Shown in pieces: positions 12,201-23,927 of a stretch of DNA of 64,000 bases. The stretch spans positions 3,658,001-3,722,000 of the forward strand of contig JBLDXI010000029.1 of assembly GCA_047495785.1 (NCBI GenBank), read 5' to 3'. The position numbers were made by a program, and so were the translations under genes. The number at the start of each line of letters is the position of its first letter. Position 1 is the stretch's first letter. The DNA comes from Lepidodermella squamata (lineage: Eukaryota; Animalia; Gastrotricha). A model generated the notes under the pieces. The model searched no databases. It saw nothing but the letters and a program-made list of their open reading frames with translations, and was not told where the DNA came from.

Positions 12201-12891
12201 TCCTCATCATCGAGTCGGATGGGTTTGCTTTATCAATTAATTTGTTCGGATCAATTTTGAATGCCAATTAATTCGTAGCTTTCCATCTACGCGGCAGCTA
12301 GAGGAAATGTTGGGCAACCGATTCGGTCAGACTTCGACCGATTGTCAATACGTGGAATCTAGCGGGTAAAATCATCTAAAGATTGTTAAATTAACGGCCA
12401 GGTTAAAATGTTGGGGTTGAAATTTGTTCAGATCGCCATGCCAGGGCACGAGGCTGATCAGTGTTGGCACTCATCATCACGAAGATGGCCGAGTTTCGCC
12501 CAGCCCCACCATCATCATCGCCATTGATGGTCTTGTAGCCCTTAGCAAATGCCTGAATCTAACGCAATTATCATTCCAGAATCTGAGGTAAATTTTTGTT
12601 AAGAAACGTAAAACCTGTAATATAGCAGTAATATCCAGCTATGAAGTCGTCGCCGTCGTGGCTAGGCAAAGCGGCACGTCAAACTACGGCCTCCTTACGC
12701 CTGGTTCTTTCCCGTTGGATTATACCCTTGTCACAGAGGGGAAGGCGAGACGGAATTACCTGCGGCCTGAATCACCGGCCTTGAAAAAATGGCTAGGCGT
12801 TTTTCTTATTCTTGGGCGTACGCCAGACGAACAGGAACTAGGCTGTCCGGAACCGGAACTGAATTCAGGCGACTACATATTTGACCGCTAA
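6228..12891 (+). CDS. Multi-exon NOF-like MULE transposase fused to a USP-like protease domain and a pseudo-USP domain (~1,880 aa; one frameshift at ~11604)
   Basis: Phase-compatible exons 6228-6387, 6443-7108, 7528-8770, 8921-10639 (possible 54 nt intron 10322-10375), 10700-10993, 11046-11162, 11237-~12222, ~12279-12365, ~12432-12587, ~12639-12891. Transposase motifs HVNSTG, VVTDHSFAL, CMAH, TNGAVE; protease motifs NTCAVDS and YSLHSAILF...GHY...LLDD. Confidence 0.8.
9424..9720 (+). repeat. Coding 24-bp tandem repeat (AGTSTGPM-type units) inside the transposase gene
   Basis: About 12 degenerate units of GGAACCTCGACTGGTCCAATGGCN. Confidence 0.9.
11580..11710 (+). repeat. Coding 9-bp tandem repeat (KAP/KVP/KSP); one 8-bp unit causes a frameshift
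   Basis: AAGGYTCCC units; GCTCCAAG at 11601-11608 lacks one C. Confidence 0.9.
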
Positions 12892-13243
12892 CTATTTTTT
12901 GCCGTTTTGAATTTTTAATCTCCGCTATTGGTTTTCGTTGGGATACACTAATATCTACAGGGTATCGCTGGACATTTATCATACCGCTTCACATAGAATG
13001 GAAACGATACACGATACAATACCATTTATACTCGCGCTGTTTATTAGGCATCTCTTATATATTTGAGATGCGAAGTCCTACTAACGTCTTATTTACACAG
13101 TCGGTGTCTAATTGCTTTTCCGAAGAGTGAAAATGATCCAAATAATTTTCCATTCTTATTTCCATTCTCCATTCCTGTTCAATTTGTACTATAAGAAAAA
13201 ACAGTGGAATTAATTACATTATAATCTGTAGAAAAAATAAAAA

Positions 13244-13731
13244 CGGAGTGCCTATTTGTACATAATTATGTGGTATATATTCCCTATTTGTACATAAATA
13301 TGTGGTATATTTTCCCTTTTTGTACATAATTTCCTATTTACAGATTTCACGCTAAAGGTTGATGTTTTATATGGTTTAAAAATGTTTTTCTAGTTAATCG
13401 CGAGCTGAGACACCTATTCTCAGCTATTAAAATTTTCTTACTTTCCCCTCACTTTGTCCTTAGATACATTTTAAATGAAATGCGGCTGTTTTTCGGTTCA
13501 TTTTTGCAATTTTGTATTTTGGCCAGTAGGTGTCTCAGCTCGCGATTAACTAGAAAAACATTTTTAAACCATATAAAACATCAACCTTTAGCGTGAAATC
13601 TGTAAATAGGAAATTATGTACAAAAAGGGAAAATATACCACATATTTATGTACAAATAGGGAATATATACCACATAATTATGTACAAATAGGGAAAATAT
13701 ACCACATAATTATGTACAGATAGGGACACTC
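13244..13731. mobile_element. Palindromic MITE nested in the large transposon
   Basis: 13251-13416 is the reverse complement of ~13527-13692; ~32 bp subterminal tandem repeats; AAATAAAAA on both flanks (possible 9 bp TSD). Confidence 0.75.
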
Positions 13732-13827
13732 AAATAAAAATTACGTAATAATATCGAAATACTTATTTTCAGTAACGTTTTAAATTCTCAGATTTCATTA
13801 GGCGAGGTTGCCCCGTAGAGAACCACC

Positions 13828-14598
13828 GTTTTCGACCACGCCCGATCGAATGGCGCTTCCTGCGCCACTGGCACAGGCACACCTGGGGTCACAGGTCACG
13901 TGACAAGCCAATTTTCGCGGTTTTTCCTCATAAATCAGGCAAAATAACCGATTTGCCGGCTCCGGTTACGCAAACGGACTTGAAATTCGTGATCAGGGCC
14001 GAAAACTGGTCTAGACGGTCATATCATAATGCCTGGCACACAATCCTGCAAGGGTGTTTGACCCACTTTTTGTTGTAGTCACCCTGCGGTGCTAAAAATT
14101 GATATTTTACGGTATTTCGGCTACGTTTTCCGCACTCAATTTTGATTGCATTGGGCTGTCAATTGGCAAACTAGGGTAATCGACCCCGCTCTATCGATTG
14201 GTCAATCCTGCATTGCCGGCACAAGCTCACCTGAGGTCAAAGGTCACGTGATGGGTCATTTTATTGCTTATTTTCACAAATAATGGCACAAATCGAATTT
14301 TGTGCAGATTGGACACGCAAGAGGATTGCATATTCGTAATCGGCGCAAAATTCTACCCCAGTCCACCAAGTTTTATGACTGGCACAGTATCCTGCGAGGT
14401 TAATTTAGAACAGGGCGCATGTACTGTGACCCTTAATTGCGTCAATCGTTAATTACTTGATGAAATCGATGCAGCAATCTCTGGAATACACCTGGATAAA
14501 CTATTTAGGCCCTCAGACTGATGGCACAAGGGTGGCACAAGAGCGAAAATGAGCGGAACACAATCCTGCAGGAATCGTCCTGCTAGCTTCAGCCAGGT
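13828..14598 (-). repeat. Right terminal inverted repeat
   Basis: Reverse complement of 4101-4871. Confidence 0.95.
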
Positions 14599-14876
14599 TC
14601 GGTCGTTTCCAGTTGTATTGAAACGAGTTGCCCTTATCTCTATGAAAATATGAAAAATATTAAATGGAATAAGTCACCGCTTTGAAATAAATGTCACGCG
14701 TCGATACGCGTGTCTTCAATCCTGTTGACTAGTCAACAATGTGTCCGAAAACAGAAACAAACTGAATCGCACGCCACTCTATTTTCCCGTAGACTGATTA
14801 TTATTATTTTATTTTTCATTTTATTTTAATTAATTTTTTATCGTGCACTCTTTACGCCTTCAGCCATCATAAACAA

Positions 14877-17351
14877 ATGAAATTAATACTCGAGATATTG
14901 GCCGCGATCTTCGCTGCTAGCCAACTTGTACTATGTGGGCCGTGGGCTCGTTGCTTCTCGCAATTTGACGATAAATTCACTGACTGCCGCGAACTACCCA
15001 GTGGTTGTTCTCTCTTGCGTGAATATCAGGTAGTTGTGAATACACAGAAATTTCCAAGTAGCAGATTATCTACTTAATTGCCAGTTCGGAGGCAGCCTGC
15101 CAGACCAAACGACATGTGTGCGAGCGGTTTGTTTCCTCGCCAAATATATCGAATTTTGTTATTACCCATTATCTTCTTTTCGTTCGCAGACTGCCAGATT
15201 GTGCTATGGATTTTCCACTAATGCAGCAACCTGTCGACCCGGCAATCCAGGATGTGGAAAAACTACCGAAATCATGGTGAGAATTTGACCGCCGTGGTGT
15301 TTATTTCTGAGAGCTATCATTTTTTGGGCTAAAATTACAAAAAAATTAGGAAAATAATATTTTTGACGGCCAAGCTCCGTTTCCAAATTTGTCTTAATCA
15401 TTCGATAGTAGTTTATAGATAAAACAATGTCCAGACTGATATCGACGACATTATATTCATTTTGGTAAATGTTTGAGTCAGTGTCCCAGTTTCTGAGACA
15501 TTCCAGAACTATGAAGTAGATTTTTCGTAATCGGAACTATCATTTCAAAAGTTCAGTGTTTTCTTCCACCTTATCATAGAATGCCAGTAGCCGAAGGGAA
15601 TGCTCGGTCACAAACGGATGAATTTCCTACTTTGTACTTTGTTCATCTGTTTTCTAGGTTGGAGGTCCCTACAATGGTGCTTTCCCATTCAAGACCAATT
15701 TGGTGGCTTGCACAAAAGATTTCAACTCATTACCTGTAAAAACATGCATCAATTTCCAATCAGCTATTTATACTAAATTGTTATTTTTCAAAAGAACTTG
15801 AAATTCGATTCCTGCGTTGATTCGAGCCAGAAGTTTGTTAGCTGCGTACCGAGTACATTTACATGCCCAGTCAATACGGTAAATGTGAAAAATATGACTA
15901 TTGTTTCAAAATATTTTATTCAAATTAGACGAAAAAATTAACTGGATTAGCAAACTTGGACGCATGCCTGGGTAACGTCAACAGTGAGCGATAACTTTCT
16001 TCTCAAGAATTTAACGTGATGTGCTTCTTTCCAGATGATCTTGCCGACTCTGTTAAACCCCACATTCGGTGCTTCAGCCCTACAACTCGGGAATTTACCG
16101 GCTGTCGACTGAACAGCACCCGCTGCCTAGCTAATGAAACCGAGGAATTTTCCACGGGTGTCTACAGAAACAGAGCCGCGTGCCTATCATGGGTAAGAAG
16201 TCCCCAATGGCATCAAAAAGGCAAAACATTCCATCAATTTCCTTTAATTTCCAGAATGCCGCACAGTGCGAAACATCAAATGGCAAGAAATGTTACAACA
16301 TCTGCCCGAACGGAGCAACAACTGTAGGTTTGATATTTGAACCCAATAAATTCTACAGGAAATAACTTTAATCAGTAGTTCTTCTCATGATCCATGATTT
16401 TATAAACCCCAATCTTCATTGCTTTTGCCTTACATTTTTCGATAATTAGGTGAAAACTTACTCAAGCACGACGAAATTCGCTGACAACTACGCAACCTGT
16501 CTTCGTGACTTGAACCGTTATTTCCTGTCGTCCGTCGCCTCTGATTTCTTCCGTCCGCAATTACTGGCTTGTAGAAACGAGGGCGGACAACTGGCAACAA
16601 TCAAAACTCAAGCTGATCTGGACGCCGCTAATCAAGTATTAAACACGACTAAGGCTTTCATCGGCCTCGTCGCAAGCTTCAGATGGGAGGACGATTCAAG
16701 TCTCGTAGACATCAACTCGCCATTTTGGGCTCCCACTAGCCCGTCTACCATTGGCTCCTGTAAGTTGAAGAGATTTTCAGTATTTTTATATTGATCAATT
16801 CCTGAATAGGTCTGCGCGTCTATTCAGAAGGCTTCATAGATGGTCGATGTGGTGCCAGTAACCCTGGTCTTTGTTCTGGCGCGGTGAGTAGAATGTGCAG
16901 CCTAGACAATCAAATACTTCAATTTTACGCATTATTCCAGACTTTATCCGACCTTCAGCTAATCACTACGTCTGTCAGCCATACAGCCAAGGCAGCTCAG
17001 TGTGCGAGCCTGAACAAAACTCTGGCTATAATCCGAGATAACGCGACTTTTGAAGCAGCAAGGACCTTAGTTGGCAGTGAATCTCGAGCTTGGATCGGAG
17101 CTCAACGCATTACACTGGCTGAATATTCCTGGATTACAGGCAAGCCGTTCAACAATTCACTTATCGACTTTTCGCCCTCAGATCCGCCCGGCGAGTTTGT
17201 ACACTGTAGGTGTTGACAATAAACAAAGAAATCAAGTTGAATTTGAACAATTTGATTTGCAGGCGTTGCCCTTGATCAAGGCAAGATTGTTCGAGTGGGC
17301 TGCCATGGAGGTCCAACTTTGAAACTACCCGCGCTATGCGAGCGTATTTAG
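14877..17351 (+). CDS. Secreted protein with ~5 Cys-rich repeats and two C-type-lectin-like domains (paralogue A, multi-exon)
   Basis: Signal peptide MKLILEILAAIFAASQLVLC; CxxEGGQLATI...AFIGL...FRWED and CASLNKTLAII...AWIGA...YSWITG patterns; exon-by-exon match to 49835-54183. Confidence 0.75.
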
Positions 17352-18302
17352 CTGAACGATCAAGTAGTGCTGGCAAAAAACAACACTCAACGGCCACAGG
17401 AATATCGGCATATTTCTGGAATTAACATTCTTATATTATTTTCCTCGTTCAATTTATCGAACTGCTGTGGTGATCTCGGTATTTGAACAGTGTCGAATAA
17501 AATTACTTATTCGTCAACACAAAGTAGAAGATGGACAGTTTGCCGAAAGGGGGATATAGGTAAGGGTCCCCCCTTATATCGCTCAAGTTTCCGAAGGGGC
17601 CAGGGAAAAAAAAACACGAGGGTCCCCCCCTGTGATCGGGCTTCGAGCCCGACGGGCTTGAAGGGACAGTCCCCCCGCCATCTTCAACACTGCATCAACG
17701 TTCTCATGCAGTTTTTAGATAGAATTAGTACGATTTTGAGTTGTTCCAGGCACACTTCAGCTCATGAGACCTTGGACCTAGCACCTAGCAGTTATTACAA
17801 TATAGGAGAGCTGCCGTACAAATTGAAAAATTAACCAACACAGGCTCATTAAATTTGTTCCTAAGTTTCAGGGTGAATCAAGTTTTACCTGAAAGAAAAG
17901 TCTTAGATAGAATAAAGTGAGTTTTATGGGCTTTTGGGAGGTCAACTTTTTTGACCGATTATGTGAATACACTGTTGTGTAAAAAAGCGTGCTTATGAAT
18001 AATATATCTGAGTATTTATATTTACCAACCAAGCAAAAGCAGCGGTACTTTCTAGTTTTTCAACGACATGAATTTTAGAAGCCTGAATTTAGTGCTCGAC
18101 TTTGTCTTGTCTGTCGAATGAAATTGATGGCACTATGTTTTATTGAGAAATTAGCTCTATATTCCAACCCATTTGTTGGGCGAAATTCCTGTGTCCTGCC
18201 ATACTAACAGATTTCCGAAATTTTCAGCGTTTATTTATTCCTGTATTATCCCTGGCTCTTAAATTTCCCGGAATTTATTAGGTTACTATTTTTAATTTCT
18301 TC

Positions 18303-19335
18303 ATGGATTCCGGGGAGTGGACTATTAGAGGCAAAGTTTGCCTCGTAACTGGTGCCAATGTCGGCCTTGGCCGGGAGACTGTTCTCGAATTGGTGAAGCA
18401 AGGCGCAAAACGAGTCATCATGGCGTGTCGAAACATGCAAACCGCCGCTGAGGCAATTCAATACATCCGAGAAAAAGCTGGAATAACCGATGATGAGGAA
18501 GCCGAGCGGCGATTGTCCCTTCGAAATTTGGACTTGGCATCGATAGCTTCGATTCGTAAATTCGCCGCTGAAGTGAATGCGCAGGAGCCAGAGTTGCACG
18601 TGCTGATCGAGAATGCAGCGGTTTACGGGCCAAATGAAAAGGCTCTCACAGGTGATGGATTCGAAATAAGCTTCGGGACGAACCATTTGGGCCATTTCCT
18701 GCTCACCCAACTCCTGCTTGATCTGCTGAAAAAGTTGGTTTTCATAATTTTTGAAAAAATCATGAAAAATAAAAGATCGGCCTATTCGCTCTCTTAGGTC
18801 TGCGCCAGCTCGAATTGTGATCGTTGCAGCTTTGGCCTACAAATTTTGCTGGCCAATGGGGTTTCCTATCGATGATCCTAATTACGAACGGGGCAGCTAC
18901 GGCCCTTGGACAGCGTACAGCCGATCAAAACTCGCCAACATTCTATTCACTCGCGAACTCGAGAAACGGCTGAATGGCGGCGATCGGAAATCGGGCATCA
19001 CCGTCTACTGCCTCCATCCTGGCATTATTCAAACTGAATTGATGAGAAATCGTGGCCAATGCCTCCAGTCATTAATGCGCCCGCTTGCTGCTTGCATGTT
19101 AACGTCTCCTTCGGATGGCATTAAAACAACACTCTATTGTGCCACTCAGCCTGGGATCGAAAAATATTCCGGTCGCTACTTCACGTAAATCTGCTTACAC
19201 GTAAATATGCATGAAATCGATTTTATTCCTGATTTTAGAAATTCCAAAGCAGTCGATGTTTGGGCCATTGCAAGGGACGATGTGAAAGCTGAAAAGTTGT
19301 GGGAATTAAGCGAGAACTTATTGTCACGGAAATGA
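18303..19335 (+). CDS. Short-chain dehydrogenase/reductase, retinol dehydrogenase 11/12/13-like (3 exons)
   Basis: TGANVGLG Rossmann motif, LDLAS, ENAA, TNHLGHF, catalytic YSRSK, LHPG; introns ~18735-18797 and ~19185-19238. Confidence 0.92.
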
Positions 19336-19969
19336 GCGACTGAAACAATAAATTCATTTGTCTCCTAATCATTTCTTTGAACCGAGTGTCAAACATAAAT
19401 TTCCAATAAAAAAGGGTACGAGATCACTTTTAACCAGACAGGCCCAAAAGCCATAAGCTTAGCCCAGTCTTATCTTCAACAAAGCATATCTCGTTCATAA
19501 TTTCTCGTTCATGAATTGGGAATAAGCAAGTTAGTTTCGGAAATCAGATCATGAAGTGTTTCTCTATCAATTCATAAGTTATCGAAGTAGCGTCGAATAA
19601 AAATTTTCGATATAACTGATGATTCGAGTTCCTGCACTTATTCGTATTTTGTTGCATCATTTTCCCGGCCGGGAATTTTGTCTGGCGGTGTTGCAAAGTT
19701 ATGTCAAATGTCCAAGCTTTCCTTACAGATTGTCGCATATGATAACAAACTGTAGTACCAAATCAAGCTTTATTTTCACGCAGATGAGCACATCGCTAAT
19801 GTAAGTATCGTTTGATGTTTCAGAATAATCTACGAATGAATACTCGAAAATTCTCGAAAATCACTTTTGAAACTGAAGACGATATAACTAAATTCAAAGC
19901 AGTGATGTTATACCCGCACACAGAGCTATGAGATGCAAGTTATTGAATAGGCGTTTGCCGCAATATAGT

Positions 19970-21991
19970 TCAATTGCAACCTTCCGCTGGACATGCTGCT
20001 AAAATCCAAACTCTTTACAGTGTTTCTATGAACATACGGCCTACTGCTTACCTGAAACCTCTGAAAATGAACAGATAATAGAAAAGTAGAAGTGACAAAA
20101 TAAAACTCACGCTTGAAGCAATTGGGTCCTGTCCAACCAGAATTACAGGCACACGCGTTTGGAGCAATACACTTACCACGACGGTAACAGTTCTTAGCAC
20201 AGGCAGCTAATGAGCAAAAATACATAAAATTCATAGCTGATGATGTTGGCAAGTTGACTCAATGAAATCCAACAATATATCGTTAGCGGCGCGCCAAAAC
20301 AACCACTTTACTATTTATAGATTTTATATGGATAGTACGATCGAGAGTAGAAAAAAATCAGTGCTCAAATGGCCTATCGTACTTTATCATTACGTTCGGC
20401 GACTTCAAGTACGATCGAATGAATCATCTAAGTGGTTGTTTTGGCGCGCCGCTAACGATATGAAGTAAAGCCAACTTCGTTCAAATTCGTTAAATTTACA
20501 GTAAACGTCAAATAGTTCGAATGTCAAATTTAGATAGTGGAATTTCGCAAAATATTCAGATAAGCGACTAACGCGTTAGACAATCTGGCGGCTTCCAGTC
20601 CGAAGTGCAGATGCATCGATTAGGGCGAACACACGTTCCGCCGTTTGCACAACCAGCCGGGCATATAGCTGCAATAATTGGTACAATCGTTTGATTCTCA
20701 TGATACATTACTAAAGAAATTACGTGCGTCGCAAAGCCCACCAGTCCACCCTGGCGCACATGTGCAGACGTCCTTAGCCGTGCAGTTACCTCCCATGCCA
20801 CAGGCTGGAGTACAAGTAGCTGCAACATGACTTAGACTTCAGACTGGTCAGATAGGAAAGAATAGTTCCAACTTACGCTTGCTGCAGTCCCGCCCAGTCC
20901 AACCTGCCTGACATGTGCATGTGTAGCCACGAGGGCGAGACAGATCCCCAACACAAGATGCCGGTTGGCAATTCGGGGCGCACACAATTCCTGTTAAGCA
21001 CAGATTGATCGGTCTTATCTCAATGGTCTCAGCGCGTCTTAGTAGTTTTAAATTTCACCCATTAACTTTTTAAGGTGGATTTAACATTGGCGATTTTCGC
21101 TATAAGTGAAATGCTAGCAAAATACCACCTTCTCACCCGATCACAGCTATCACTGAAAACAACAGTTTTTCTTACGATTGATAAGCTGGCATTGTTGTCT
21201 CAAAACCGCCATGTCTCCAAGGGAAAGAGCAGCTTTGTGTATTGAAACACAGGCGAACTTCATGTTATATGAACCAATGACATTTGTTGGCCTGGACAGA
21301 AATCATTAAAATATTAGCTATCATCGATATTAGCTCTATTAATCACAACTAACTGATTCCTTCTTGCCAAGCCTAAAAGTGAGCTGGTTGGCGGTAGAGA
21401 TGATGCATTCTGGTAAACTCTTCCGCTGGATGCTGTATCGCAGACAGCGTAAAGCGATGAGTTGGAGGCGTTGTAAACAAGCGCAACGAACAGCCATGTT
21501 GTGAAATTACATGCAACTTGCGAATTACCCACGTTGCGATTGGAGGCATATAAGAAGTTGGGCGTGGGATCGCTGTTAATATCATAATTATAACGCCACA
21601 ACTGGCCTCTGAAGTTTCCACTTGCGGACCATTCAAAAATAGGAGCTTTAATCGGAGCGATAACGAAACCGGCGATTGTGAATGAAGATGTACCCATGTC
21701 GACTCTAGTGTCGTTGACTTCGATCCAACTAGTATTGTCAGCTTTATTAGCCTCCCAGGCTGTATTGTTCGCTCCGAACGGTCCCTGGGTCAAGACGCCC
21801 ATGTTTGTTTTGAAAGCAGCGTCCACCGAATTGCCAGATACGTCCCGCGTGCCGAACAACTCATTGAACGGCCAAAACGCAACCAAATTTGGAAAATTTG
21901 TAACTTGATTATACTTGAATTGTGCAATGTACAGCTGGCCATTCACCAGGCAGCGTAGCAGACAGATGGCAGAAAATAAAGCTGATTTCAT
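19970..21991 (-). CDS. Secreted LamG/ConA-like + 4 EGF-like repeat protein (paralogue 2, ~8 exons)
   Basis: LamG exon 21991-~21350; EGF exons such as CPAGCANGGTCVRPNRCICTSDWKPPDC and CAKNCYRRGKCIAPNACACNSGWTGPNC; 9-nt microexon 20052-20060; 3' end inferred. Confidence 0.8.
20280..20458. mobile_element. Small MITE with TA flanks in an intron
   Basis: ~30 bp perfect TIR TCGTTAGCGGCGCGCCAAAACAACCACTT; absent from the equivalent intron of paralogue 3. Confidence 0.8.
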
Positions 21992-22330
21992 ACCGAGAAT
22001 ACTACGCTTTTTGCACGAAAAGAAACATTTGCCGTAAAATTAAAGAATTTTACTCGTGCAAGGGAAAAATGTCATTAATAATGAATAAATCTGAGCTCGG
22101 TTCGTTTTCAGCTTTGATCACATGCTGCTTTGATTGGCATGCCGGATAGCGCTCACGACTGTTTTATATCGTAACTGCCTTAGCTTTGGTGGAAGCAAGT
22201 AAGGGTTGCAGCCTTCGTGGTATCTGCATCGCACGAATATTCTGAAGAATGTCCTCTTGGATAAAATTCATTTTTTTCAGAGCTATAAATAAGTATAAAG
22301 GATCGGCCATGGCACGTGTGCGCCCTAAAT

Positions 22331-22670
22331 TAGGGTTCCAGCACTATTTTTGAGACTTCAGAGCACTGGATTTCCACTAAATATGAGTTTCATGTCTTCA
22401 CTGAAATTCAAATTGTTGCTATCATGCCCAACCGGTAGATCTTCATATTACGCGTATTTTGCGCTTGAAGCGGTCAGTTCATGGTTATACTTCTGCCATC
22501 GGAGCCGATATCGATTCCAAGTATATCCAAGTGATAATTGTTCTGCGTAGCTTAGGCTGCCATGTTGCTAAAATACAAAATCATAGGTTCAGGGAGGACA
22601 TCACTATCGATCTAAAACCGGAGTCGCCGAAATCGCAAAGAATATGAAACATTTAGTGCAAGGATGCTTA
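22331..22670 (+). repeat. Dispersed repeat / MITE-like element, copy 1
   Basis: Shares blocks (TTCCAGCACTA, GAGCCGATATCGATTCCAAGTAT, CCGAAATCGCAAAGAAT) with 29289-29660. Confidence 0.65.
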
Positions 22671-23927
22671 AAGTTAGCGCTAGAAGGCCTTAGTTTTTGG
22701 ACCCTAAACATGTTTGGTTGAAGTTTGAAAGAGTTTATGAACCGCTGGCGTCGATGGTTTACCATCGTTTAAAGAATTACCCCTGATCTTCACCTCCATC
22801 GGCTAGTTGGCCACAATTAATTCAACAAAAATTAAGTGTCAGATTGGGACGTTTTTGTTGGGTTCCCAAGAGTCTGCGTTATTCAGTAATTCAATTGTTC
22901 GCCAGCTTCATTGGTCTACCTGGCTCCAGGTAATTCAATGCAGAATATAGGTTACGATGTGCTAAATTCACACCTAAAAGGTGAGCCCACAGCTTCGGAA
23001 CCGTTGACGCTAAGACCTTATCCGTTTAACAGAATCAGTGTAATCTGTCGATGTGACTTCCTTCAAAATTGTGTTGACTTTAGCACAGGTTTCGAGTATG
23101 CCCAATTTCACTGCTGGAACGAAAATCTGAATAACGCTTTCATTGAATAACGAAGCGTCAAATATGCTCTCGTGATTTTTCCTTAATTTTATTTACAATG
23201 CCAAATGCCAAAAGCAAAGGTAACTTGCTGGTGTATTGGCAATCTCAATGCCCCTTCCAACTGTTCTTTCATGTACCTCTTTTTGTCAAATTTTTATTTT
23301 TCACGTGAAATTGCTTTCGAGTAAAATTAAGGTTTTCGCTGATTTTTTGGCTTTCCTAAGATTCTTGAGAAAATGCGTTTTATTGGGGTTTTGAGGCCAA
23401 TTCCGAGCAAAATTCTGCCCAAATTTGTGGCAGTTTCTAGCCATAGAGAAACATTTGTTTCTCCATGGCAAAATTTAATCATGCGTATGTGGGAATAAGA
23501 GCCGAAATGATTGCGCTAAGAATAAATAAATTCGGCTCAATATTTATGCCCCATACTGTATATTGAGATTGTCGATTCCGTACTCAAAAATTATTACTTA
23601 GCTTGTGAAACTTAAAAATTCCATGAATTTCACGTGGTATTTCCTATACCGGACTCAGTCCGCTTTAAAATAATTCGGACTTTCTCTTCACCGGACGATT
23701 TTGCCTGGCACGACCTTAGTCCGGTTTAGACAACTTTCACTGTATGTACTTCTCTACACGCCATTGACTAATGTGAGCGTCGCGAATGCTTACCCAATAG
23801 TCTAGGAATAAATTGTTATCAAAAACTGAAGTTGCCATATAACTGAATTCAAAGCAATAGTGCTAAAACTGCACACAGAGTTATGAGATGCAGGTTATTG
23901 AGATGCAGGCGTTTGCCGCAATACAAT

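Larger units (their letters stand above)
4101..14598 (+). mobile_element. Mutator-superfamily (NOF-FB/foldback-like) DNA transposon, ~10.5 kb, both ends intact
   Basis: TIRs 4101-4871 and 13828-14598 are near-identical reverse complements; 9 bp TSD TCGGTCGTT at 4092-4100 and 14599-14607; internal transposase-like gene. Confidence 0.93.

Noticed and set aside
17544-17680. GC-rich patch with short palindromes
   Set aside because: Possible TE remnant, but no TIR/TSD or RNA gene could be defined
19940-19972. TGA readthrough or selenocysteine at the end of the EGF genes
   Set aside because: Downstream similarity between paralogues includes a frameshifting indel, consistent with 3' UTR
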